From an uncultured Clostridia bacterium (GTDB lineage: Bacteria > Bacillota > Clostridia > Oscillospirales > Acutalibacteraceae): a DNA stretch of 64,000 nucleotides. The stretch lies in NCBI GenBank assembly GCA_947626485.1, contig CANQSG010000001.1, positions 1,109 through 65,108 on the forward strand. The letters run 5' to 3'. Shown here piece after piece: positions 24,002 to 32,420 of the stretch; position 1 is the first letter of the stretch, and each line of letters begins with the position of its first letter. Below the pieces are notes generated by a model, which ran no database searches, was not told the DNA's origin, and was given only the letters and a program-made list of their open reading frames with translations. A program made the translations under genes and the position numbers.

Positions 24002-24940
24002 TTATCCGACTAATCCGCTTCGCTCAACGCTCTCGACAAAATAGCGTTGCGTGAAGAGATACAAAATCAAGAGCGGGACGACGAGAAACAGGATTCCCGC
24101 GTATGCCTGCAGGCTTAAGGAGGTCTGGTCGACGATGGTGGCGTCCGCCGTCGTCCCGTTGAAATCCCGCAGCAAAACAGGCAGGATATTCGCCTGACGC
24201 ATAAAGTTATAATTGAAATCGCAGTCGGTCCAGATCCACACAAACGAGAACAGGCCGATCGTGATCATCATGGTTTTCGCCCCCGGCAGCATCACGCGGA
24301 AGAAGGTGCCGATCGGGCCGCAGGCGTCGATCGCCGCCGCCTCCTCCATCTCCTTCGGCATTCCGTTGAAGAACTGCCGCATGATGAGGATATAAAGTCC
24401 GCACCGGAAGCCCGCCGCCACCGCCGCCAACACGATATTGGGAACCATGGTGTCGATAAAATTGAGCGGCTCGCCGTGATTGAGCAGCGGGATCAACCCG
24501 AACAGGTTGAAATTGCGGAAGAAATTGAACAGCGGGATTTGCAGCAGATCGGGCGGCAAAACCAGACCCAGCACGCACAAAAGCGTGAGCGGTTTGTTCA
24601 ACGCGAATTTAAACCTTGCCAGGCCGTATCCCACGAGGGTGCAGCTCGCCACGTTGAGCAGGGTGACCACCAACGCGTGCAGGATCGTCATGGGATAGGT
24701 TTTCTCCATTTCCAGGCTGTCCCAGGCGTCCGCGAAGTTTTTGAGCGTGAAATTGCGCGGGATGTACCGCACCGCCATATTGTAGGTATCCTCTTTCGTC
24801 ATAAAAACCGTAACGATTTCCGTAAACAGCGGATAAATGACGACAAACGCGATCAATCCGAAGAACGCCCACCGAACGATGTTTACGGCGAGGTTCAGCG
24901 AGGCCTTGTACAGCTTGGCCTTGCGAGCGGCGCTTTGCAT
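24002..24940 (-). CDS. Carbohydrate ABC transporter permease
   Basis: Multi-TM protein with EAA loop EEAAAIDACGPIGTFFRVMLPG. Confidence 0.9.
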   Translation of the reverse strand: MQSAARKAKLYKASLNLAVNIVRWAFFGLIAFVVIYPLFTEIVTVFMTKEDTYNMAVRYIPRNFTLKNFADAWDSLEMEKTYPMTILHALVVTLLNVASCTLVGYGLARFKFALNKPLTLLCVLGLVLPPDLLQIPLFNFFRNFNLFGLIPLLNHGEPLNFIDTMVPNIVLAAVAAGFRCGLYILIMRQFFNGMPKEMEEAAAIDACGPIGTFFRVMLPGAKTMMITIGLFSFVWIWTDCDFNYNFMRQANILPVLLRDFNGTTADATIVDQTSLSLQAYAGILFLVVPLLILYLFTQRYFVESVERSGLVG

Positions 24941-24976
24941 GCGCTTTCCCCCTTTCGGCAGTTTTGTAAGCCGTCG

Positions 24977-25873
24977 TCAGTTGTCGTAGGAGACGAAGCG
25001 GTTTGCAATCGCAAACACGATCCCCACGATCGCCAACACCACGACGATATACGACCACGCGACGGCGCTTCCCGAACCGAAGCGGAACGCGGTAAAGCAT
25101 TCGTAGCTGACGCGGTTGATAATGACGTTTTCCACGCCCGTAAAGGAATCTATCACGCAGTAAATGACCGAAACCAACAGCAGCGGGCTGATCATGGGCA
25201 GGCTGATTTTCCAAAGCACTTCCCAGGCGGTGGCGCCCTCGACGTAAGACGCTTCGTAAAGGGAGCGGCTCACCGATTGAAGCCCCGCCAGAATGATGAT
25301 GGTGGGTATCACGGATATATAGAGCAAATTGCCGATGTTGTCGACTGAGGCCGTCAAAAAATTCATCAGACCCTCGCCGATGCCCGCCTCCTCCAACGCG
25401 CTCACAAACCGTTCGGAGATCATCACCGACGCGTCGGCGCTTTTGCTCGCCATCTGAGTGGAAAGCGTATCCTTGCTCAGCAAAATTTCGACAGGCTTGG
25501 AGAACAAAATGAGCGGCATAAAAAGGATCGTTCTCGCAAAGCCGCGTCCGGGGAACTCGCTGTTGAGAACACACGCCAGGAAAAAGCTGAAAACGATCGC
25601 CACGGGCACCTTCAACAGCGTCCTTTGCAGCGTTTCCACCAGCTGGCGCAGGAAATCGGGGTCGACGGTAAAGAGATCCGAATAGTTTTGGAAGCCCACA
25701 AAATCAATCCGATAGCCGACGTCCTGCGGCACAAGATTGCCGAAGCTGTAAACAAGGGACAACACGATGGGGTAAACTACGCCGAGCAGCGAGCCGACGA
25801 TAAACGGCGCCGTGAACAGATAGCCGTATAAGCCCTTTTTCCGCTCCAGACTGCCGGTTTTTCTGCGTCTCAT
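24977..25873 (-). CDS. Carbohydrate ABC transporter permease
   Basis: True start is MRRRKTGSLERKKGLYGYLF at 25873, after a GGGAGGGG RBS. EAA-like loop YEASYVEGATAWEVLWKISLP. Confidence 0.9.
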   Translation of the reverse strand: MRRRKTGSLERKKGLYGYLFTAPFIVGSLLGVVYPIVLSLVYSFGNLVPQDVGYRIDFVGFQNYSDLFTVDPDFLRQLVETLQRTLLKVPVAIVFSFFLACVLNSEFPGRGFARTILFMPLILFSKPVEILLSKDTLSTQMASKSADASVMISERFVSALEEAGIGEGLMNFLTASVDNIGNLLYISVIPTIIILAGLQSVSRSLYEASYVEGATAWEVLWKISLPMISPLLLVSVIYCVIDSFTGVENVIINRVSYECFTAFRFGSGSAVAWSYIVVVLAIVGIVFAIANRFVSYDN

Positions 25874-25874
25874 T

Positions 25875-28433
25875 TCATTCAGCCCCTCCCAACGCGAAGT
25901 CCTTCGGCGGAACGGTGACGCCCTCATACCGGAAGGCATCGCCGTTATAATTGACGATCACATACCTGCCGTTCTCGTAGGTCGTTTTATAAACGCCCTC
26001 CGCCAGCTTTTCGTAATCCGTGATTTGCCTGCCGGCAACGCTTGCCAGGCGGCTTTGGGTCTCGGCGATTTGTTTTGGCAGGGTTTGCTTCCAATAGGCA
26101 AAATCGGTCGCATACAGATCGCTCCGGCTGCTGCCCGCAAGCCGATCCGAATTCTGCGCGGTGACGACGCACGACAAGCCGGAGCCCGACGACACCGCCT
26201 GCAGCAGCGCGTTCTGAACGTCTCCCGCGAGGTTGAGCGAGGGGGCGTAATAGTTGACCTTGCCGCTGAGCACCATTTGCAAAAACGGGACCGACAGATC
26301 CGTCATATCGAACCCCGACGATTCGACGGGGACGTTCAAGGCGTTGACCGTATAAGGCAAGGCGTAGGCGTTGGCGCCCTGCGTCGTGATGCGGTAACCC
26401 GACTCGCACAGCTCCTGCAAATAGGCGGACACGCGATCGGCCATTTGCTGCCGATCCACCGTGGCGCTGCCGTAGTCCGCCGACAGCTCGGCGCCGACCG
26501 TCCGCAGCGAAATCTCCTTCGCATCGTATTTTTCGACCGAGCTTTTCAAGGCGTTGACGGCTCGAAGCTGCGCGTCGGCGTTGTTGATATAGGCATACCG
26601 ACTCGTCCTGCGCATAAAGCTCGCCCGATCGTATGGATAGACCTTGCCGGTGGACTGGTCGAGCATGGCGGCGGCGTCGGAATATTTGCCGAACCCGTCA
26701 AACGCGCCGTCCTTCGCCGTATATTGAACGTCGGCGTCCAGATAAAACGGGACGCCCTTCGCGCGCATGCCGTCCAGCAGTTCCCGCAGCTTTTTCCCCG
26801 AGCCGAGCCGCTTGGAAGCGGAAACGGTTTTGGACAAGAACGCGTGCTCCAGTCCGTCGCCGAACCAACCGCGGAATACGACCGAAAGGTTTTCGATCCC
26901 GCTTTGCGAAAACGCGTCCGTGATCGCGAGCGACTGCTCGAAATCGGTCAGGGCGACCTTTTGGTCGTATGCCACGCCGAGGAACTGATTTTGGCGCGTC
27001 ACCATGCCGATCTGCTCGAGCATGACGGGCAGCGAGCCGGCGGCGACGGTTGCGTCGTTTGCAAAAATGCTTTCGCGGACGATCGCCGCCATATCGGCCA
27101 GGCGCGCATTTTCTCCGCTTATAAAATGATACTGCAGCGAAACGTCTCCGGTATAGCGCTGCTTTTGGATGACGACGTAGGACTCCTTTTTGCCCGTTGC
27201 GGTCGTCTGTTTATAGGTGGAGCGAAGGTTGAAAACCGCGTGGGCATAGGCCGCGTCCGCGTTGTCGCCCGCATAGGCGACGATCTGCGAAACGGCGTCG
27301 CCCTCGGCGATTTCACACAGCACGCCGTGCCCGCCGTTTTGAATGCCGAAAACGGGCAGGCTCGCCCCCGCGTCATAATCGAGATTTTCCTTGCCCGCCT
27401 GCGTCTTCTCCTGCCCGTACACCGTCGTCCTGTAGATCTGATTCGACTTTCCGTTATAGAAATTCATCAGAGACCCGCTTCCGTCCGGAAGCAGGAACCA
27501 GCCTTCCTCCCCGAAAACGGGGGAGCCGAAATAGGGCGCGACCGCAAGCGACGTCAGCGGGAACTCGCTGCTCATCTCAATGCCGTCGTAAGGAACTCGG
27601 ATATTCAAGCTGTCGTTTTGGAGCGCATATTCGACCGCAAGATTGAAGCCCGCAGAGGCTTTCGCGGCATTGTCGGCGCTGAAATATGCGGAATCCGCCT
27701 TGTAATCTTCTTCGGTATAGCCCGCGTCGGCAAAGATCGCCTCGACGTCCTTTTTTGCCAACGGGTCTTCCTTCACGCTGTCGCGTATCAGATACAGCTT
27801 CTGCTCCGCGAGCTTCGGATACTCCTGCAGGCGTTTTTTCCTGAAATCCGCGTCCTCGATCACGTCTATATCGGTTAAATAATAAAGGTCGATCAGCTTC
27901 ATCTGCTCGAATTCGTCGGTCAGCGCATCCTTCACCTCGCGAAACCGCGCTTCGGTCAGGGCGTAAGGGATCCGCGCAAGCTCCGAAAAATCGCCGACGC
28001 TGTACCGAACGGTCACCTTTTCGTCGGACGGCTCGACCTTGTATTTCCCGTCGACCACCGAGCCGGTCATGACGTCCGTATCCTCCAGCCCGCCCTGGGA
28101 ATTCAGGTAAGACAAATGCACCGGCGCGGCCTCCGGAGAGCCGTCCGCCCGGTTCGGATTGGAAGAATACCACGCGGAGCCGTTTTCCTTGTTCACCACC
28201 TTGAATTCGGTGGTGTTCTCGTTCAGCCAAAACTGAAGCCGGTCGTTTTCCAGCAGCAGGGTATATTCCTTCTCGGAAACGTCGTTGTCTGCCGTGCCGG
28301 CGTCGATGATGTTCTCGTTATGAATGCTCTCGCTGATTTTCGGCGTATCGGACGAAAACGCCGTCACCGCGATTCCGGCAAGGACGGCGACAACGAGCGC
28401 GCCCGCTGTTACGGCCTTCCATTTGCGTTTCAC
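25875..28433 (-). CDS. Membrane-anchored extracellular protein of the type I recall being annotated DUF5696
   Basis: GTG start at 28433 after AAAGGGGG. Single N-terminal TM (AVTAGALVVAVLAGIAVTAF). Clear paralog of 62413->64000 (VPFLQMVLSGKVNYYAP versus VPFLPILLKGHVDFYAP). The family name comes from memory only. Confidence 0.7.
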   Translation of the reverse strand: MKRKWKAVTAGALVVAVLAGIAVTAFSSDTPKISESIHNENIIDAGTADNDVSEKEYTLLLENDRLQFWLNENTTEFKVVNKENGSAWYSSNPNRADGSPEAAPVHLSYLNSQGGLEDTDVMTGSVVDGKYKVEPSDEKVTVRYSVGDFSELARIPYALTEARFREVKDALTDEFEQMKLIDLYYLTDIDVIEDADFRKKRLQEYPKLAEQKLYLIRDSVKEDPLAKKDVEAIFADAGYTEEDYKADSAYFSADNAAKASAGFNLAVEYALQNDSLNIRVPYDGIEMSSEFPLTSLAVAPYFGSPVFGEEGWFLLPDGSGSLMNFYNGKSNQIYRTTVYGQEKTQAGKENLDYDAGASLPVFGIQNGGHGVLCEIAEGDAVSQIVAYAGDNADAAYAHAVFNLRSTYKQTTATGKKESYVVIQKQRYTGDVSLQYHFISGENARLADMAAIVRESIFANDATVAAGSLPVMLEQIGMVTRQNQFLGVAYDQKVALTDFEQSLAITDAFSQSGIENLSVVFRGWFGDGLEHAFLSKTVSASKRLGSGKKLRELLDGMRAKGVPFYLDADVQYTAKDGAFDGFGKYSDAAAMLDQSTGKVYPYDRASFMRRTSRYAYINNADAQLRAVNALKSSVEKYDAKEISLRTVGAELSADYGSATVDRQQMADRVSAYLQELCESGYRITTQGANAYALPYTVNALNVPVESSGFDMTDLSVPFLQMVLSGKVNYYAPSLNLAGDVQNALLQAVSSGSGLSCVVTAQNSDRLAGSSRSDLYATDFAYWKQTLPKQIAETQSRLASVAGRQITDYEKLAEGVYKTTYENGRYVIVNYNGDAFRYEGVTVPPKDFALGGAE

Positions 28434-28481
28434 AGGATGTGCCCCCTTTCGAAAGCGGCAAAATCGTTTCCCTTCGGCGGA

Positions 28482-30563
28482 TTATACGGCGCTTGCCGCT
28501 TCGGAGATCAAATCCCCGATGAAATCGACCAGCTGTTGAGACAGCGCCAGAACGAGCATGCCGATAAAGAGAATCAGCAGGATCACAATTACGGTAATCA
28601 GGATGGCGACAAGGGTCTTGCCCATGGTAAAATTGTGCGTTTGCTTGACCGAGCAGACGAGCAGAAACACCATCCAAAGCATCGCCAGGGTGACGAGCAC
28701 GTGGTAAAAATCTCCCTCGTTGATCAGCAGCACGCGGCTCAACAGAATGGCGAAGACGTTTACCAAAGCGTAAGGCGTCGCGGCGTAGCAGGTGGCGGTA
28801 TAGATGTCCTTCAGCCTGCCCTCGCCGTTCATCAGCGTCGTCACGCACCACTGGCATATCGTCCACAGCGCGACCGCGGCGACAAGGTACAGCACGCTGA
28901 AAATACTGTATTTTTCGAGGTCGGTGGTGTTGAAGATAAAGCCCGTGCCGAGGCTTGCGGCGACGTTGACGGCCATACAAGCCAGCAGCAAAACCGTTGC
29001 CGCGACCGCGTTGCCGCAGTTTTCGCGTTTTAAGCACCAAAAGCCGTCCAGCGGGTGCGTCGCGCAGCGCCCGGCGTAAACCACGGCTTCTACTTGCGGA
29101 TGGCGGGAAATAAACCTGCCGATGCGCTTTTTGTTGCGGGACAAAACGACCGCGCCTGCCGCGACGACCAGGACGACGGCGGCGATGATCCCTATATTAT
29201 TTTCGATCCAGCTGCGGCGCACAAAGGCATACGCCTTCGAATAATCCTCCCGGTCGCCCGCGAGCTTGTAATATTCCATGGCAAGCGGCATGTTTTTCGC
29301 CTTGTATGCGGCGTTGCCGAGGCCGCGCATCGCCATGGTGCAGTTCACGTTTCGCGCTAAAATCTGCTCCCACAGCGCTTTTTCGGTCTCAAAATCGATT
29401 TCCGTGCGGGCTTTTGCGACCCCGCCGAGCAGTCTGCCGTACTCAGTCAGTTCAAAGACGTCGATCTGCATTTTGGAGGCGTCGAGCACGTAATAACGGT
29501 TGTCGTAATATCCGATGGCCGTCCCCTGCTGGATCGTCCCCGAGACGTTGCCCGGCCCGCCGAATTCATAGAGCAGCTCGCCGACGCTGTTATAGGCGAA
29601 GACGCGCCCGCGCTTTTGGTCGAGCACGGCGAAATCCCCATAACTTAACATGCAAACGTCCGAGAAGGTCGAATTTCCCTTATAGGTCTCCCCGTTGCCG
29701 GTTTTGTCTCCGACGGGATTCCCGACCCGGTTCAGCACGTCCAGCCCTTTCGCGTTGAGCTTGCGGACCGGCGTCGGTTCGCCGTTGGAATCGTCATAGG
29801 CCGCGGTCGTGACGAACAGGAAGCCTTCCCCGTCGATCGCGACGTTCGAATACTCCGTAGGAACGTATTTCCTCGTCCGCTCGCGCTGCGCCTTGGTCTG
29901 AAAGTTCGCCCAAAATTGATCGATCAGGGATTTTACCACCTGCGGCGCCCCCATCGACTGCGCGTATCCGCCGTTCGGGTCAAACTCCATCAGACCCGCG
30001 TTATAGCCCTCGGAAATGACGTACATCTGGCGATAGGCGTCGACCGCGAGCTTTGTCGGCTTAAAGGCGAAATCCGCCTGCAAAATCTCGTCCGCCGGCG
30101 CGTGAACGATCTGCAAAAGCTCCTGCTTCGGCGACAGCTTGACAACGCGCGCGTTCTCGGTGTCGGATATGAACAGATTATCGTCGTCGTCGACAAAGAT
30201 CCCGCCGGGCGCTTTGAACGTATCGGGCTTTCCGTCGTTTAAGAAGCCGTCGATGATTTTTACCGTTTGCCCGGAAGTGCCGACCTTCTCGATGATTACG
30301 ATCCGATTGTTTCCGGTGTCGGCGATATACAGGGCGCCCGATTTGGAAAAGCACAGATCCTGCGGGCTGTTCCACCTGCCGATGCCCAAAGTCTCGCCCT
30401 TGATGACGTAGGACAGTTCCGCCGGCGAAGGAGCGGGCTGCGTATTTCCGTCTTTATCGTAGACGTAGGTATCCGTAACGGCGGCCGACGCGTTGACCGT
30501 CAGCACGGCCGTCATAAGTACAGCCAGCAGCAGGGACTTTATCCATTTGCTCACAGTCGGCAC
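28482..30563 (-). CDS. Fusion membrane protein: signal peptide + NHL-repeat beta-propeller + TPR-like segment + C-terminal Yip1-family multi-TM domain
   Basis: NHL-type strands GALYIADTGNNRIVII and NLFISDTENARVVKL. TPR-like GLGNAAYKAKNMPLAMEYYKLAG. Then HPLDGFWCLKRE followed by 5 hydrophobic helices, typical of bacterial YIP1-family proteins. GTG start with AGGAAGG RBS. Confidence 0.75.
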   Translation of the reverse strand: MPTVSKWIKSLLLAVLMTAVLTVNASAAVTDTYVYDKDGNTQPAPSPAELSYVIKGETLGIGRWNSPQDLCFSKSGALYIADTGNNRIVIIEKVGTSGQTVKIIDGFLNDGKPDTFKAPGGIFVDDDDNLFISDTENARVVKLSPKQELLQIVHAPADEILQADFAFKPTKLAVDAYRQMYVISEGYNAGLMEFDPNGGYAQSMGAPQVVKSLIDQFWANFQTKAQRERTRKYVPTEYSNVAIDGEGFLFVTTAAYDDSNGEPTPVRKLNAKGLDVLNRVGNPVGDKTGNGETYKGNSTFSDVCMLSYGDFAVLDQKRGRVFAYNSVGELLYEFGGPGNVSGTIQQGTAIGYYDNRYYVLDASKMQIDVFELTEYGRLLGGVAKARTEIDFETEKALWEQILARNVNCTMAMRGLGNAAYKAKNMPLAMEYYKLAGDREDYSKAYAFVRRSWIENNIGIIAAVVLVVAAGAVVLSRNKKRIGRFISRHPQVEAVVYAGRCATHPLDGFWCLKRENCGNAVAATVLLLACMAVNVAASLGTGFIFNTTDLEKYSIFSVLYLVAAVALWTICQWCVTTLMNGEGRLKDIYTATCYAATPYALVNVFAILLSRVLLINEGDFYHVLVTLAMLWMVFLLVCSVKQTHNFTMGKTLVAILITVIVILLILFIGMLVLALSQQLVDFIGDLISEAASAV

Positions 30564-30581
30564 CGCCTTCCTGTTGTAAAA

Positions 30582-31484
30582 TTACTCTTTGATGCCGGAG
30601 GACATCATCGTCTCCATAATGTTGCTCTGCGTGATAATAAACACGCAAACGGGCACGATCATCATCAGGGTGGAGATCGCCGCGCTCGCGCCGGCGCGCA
30701 CGATGCCCGCCGACATGACCTGCGACAGCGCGTAAGGAAGCGTTTTCAGCTCCTCGCTGTAAATATAACTTCCGCCGGTCACGCCCCACAGGTTTTGAAT
30801 CGAGAAGATGATCAGCGTCATCCAGGCGGGTTTGGCGGAGGGCATCACGATCTTCCAGAAGATCCGCTGCTCCCCCGCGCCGTCGATCCGCGCGGCCTCC
30901 AGGATCGTGTTGGGGATCCCGACCATGAACTGCTTCATCAAAAACACGTTGAGCGACGAGCCCATCACGGGGATCAAAATGGCCGCGTAGCTGTCGATAA
31001 AGCCGATTTTAGACAGGATTAAAAAGTTCGGGATCGCGGTTACCGTGGGGGTGAACAAAAGCGTGTTGACGACGATGTTGAAGATGACGTTTTGCATTTT
31101 GAAGCGCTTCTTTTCGAGCACATACGCCGCCATGGAAGCGATAAAAATGGAGCCGACGGTGCCGGTGACGGTGAGAAATACCGTGTTTAATATGTATCTT
31201 GACAGCGGCACTAAGGAATCGGAAAAGAGAGAGGGAAGCGTGAGAAAGTTGTCCAGGGTCGGGTTGCGGACGAAAAACCGCGGCGGAAACACGAACAGCT
31301 CGTCAAGCGGCTTAAACGAATTGGAGATCGAAAACACGACCGGGACGAGCATGATCGCTCCCAAAAACGCAAGGAACACGAACAGGAGCAAATTCCCGCC
31401 GAACGAGCGTCCGGTCTTACGCTTGAATATCCCGATTTTTATGGTGAACACCCCTTTTCCACGCCCTTGCGCGCTGCGTTTCAT
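30582..31484 (-). CDS. Carbohydrate ABC transporter permease
   Basis: EAA loop LEAARIDGAGEQRIFWKIVMP; 6 predicted TM segments. Confidence 0.9.
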   Translation of the reverse strand: MKRSAQGRGKGVFTIKIGIFKRKTGRSFGGNLLLFVFLAFLGAIMLVPVVFSISNSFKPLDELFVFPPRFFVRNPTLDNFLTLPSLFSDSLVPLSRYILNTVFLTVTGTVGSIFIASMAAYVLEKKRFKMQNVIFNIVVNTLLFTPTVTAIPNFLILSKIGFIDSYAAILIPVMGSSLNVFLMKQFMVGIPNTILEAARIDGAGEQRIFWKIVMPSAKPAWMTLIIFSIQNLWGVTGGSYIYSEELKTLPYALSQVMSAGIVRAGASAAISTLMMIVPVCVFIITQSNIMETMMSSGIKE

Positions 31485-31491
31485 GCCGGGC

Positions 31492-32397
31492 TTACTGCCC
31501 TACGTTTCTGATAATCTTTTGTGCGATCGCCTTTGTCAAGAGCATCAACGCAAACAATATCGTCGCGATCGCGCAGGCATATCCCATTTCAAACCGAATG
31601 CTGCCGTAATCCTCCAGGTGATTCATCAGGGTGTGCGCGGCGTAATCGGTGCTGGGGAAGCCGCACAAAGCCGTGGTGACGGCGCCGACGCTGAACGCCG
31701 AGGAAATGCTCATCACCGCGCTGAAAAGCAGCTGCGGACCGAGGCAGGGCAGGGTGATAAACCAAAGCTCCTGCCACCTGTTGCGGACCCCGTCGACGTA
31801 GCCAGCTTCGTACAGCGATTTGTCCACGCCCTGCAACCCCGCGACCAAAGCCAAAAAGCCCGTACCCAGGCTCATCCAAAGCGTTACGGCGATCACGAGG
31901 GGCAGCATATATCTTGTATCGGTAAACCATTGGATCGGCTCGTTGATTAGGTTGAGCCGCAAAAGGATGGCGTTGACGTATCCGTAAGCGTCGCTGTTGA
32001 AAAGCAGCTGCCAGATCATATAGGCGCCGCCGGATATGGAGGGCGCGTAAAAGACGAGCACCATGACCGCCCGCAGCCGCGGACTCAATTCGTTTAACAG
32101 CCACGCCAAAATCAGGGACGCAAAATACCCGATCGGCCCCGTGAACAAGGCGATAATCAGCGTGTTTTTGAGACCCAGCAGAAACTCGTCGTCGCTTAAA
32201 AACAGATCGAGGTAATTATCGAAAAATACGAATTTCGGAAATTCGAGGCCGTTGAAGCTCGTAAACGACAGGGCGAAGGAGATAAGGACCGGCAGCAGGG
32301 TAAAGACGGTGAAAATGATTAAAAAAGGAGCCAAATAGAAAAAGGAAAAGCACTTGTCTTTGTTGATGCGCATTTTGCCCGGCGCTGCATTTTTCAC
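31492..32397 (-). CDS. Carbohydrate ABC transporter permease
   Basis: GTG start after AAAGGGGGG. EAA-like loop YEAGYVDGVRNRWQELWFITLP. Confidence 0.9.
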   Translation of the reverse strand: MKNAAPGKMRINKDKCFSFFYLAPFLIIFTVFTLLPVLISFALSFTSFNGLEFPKFVFFDNYLDLFLSDDEFLLGLKNTLIIALFTGPIGYFASLILAWLLNELSPRLRAVMVLVFYAPSISGGAYMIWQLLFNSDAYGYVNAILLRLNLINEPIQWFTDTRYMLPLVIAVTLWMSLGTGFLALVAGLQGVDKSLYEAGYVDGVRNRWQELWFITLPCLGPQLLFSAVMSISSAFSVGAVTTALCGFPSTDYAAHTLMNHLEDYGSIRFEMGYACAIATILFALMLLTKAIAQKIIRNVGQ

Positions 32398-32420
32398 GGT
32401 GACCGCCCCCCTTTTCTTCG

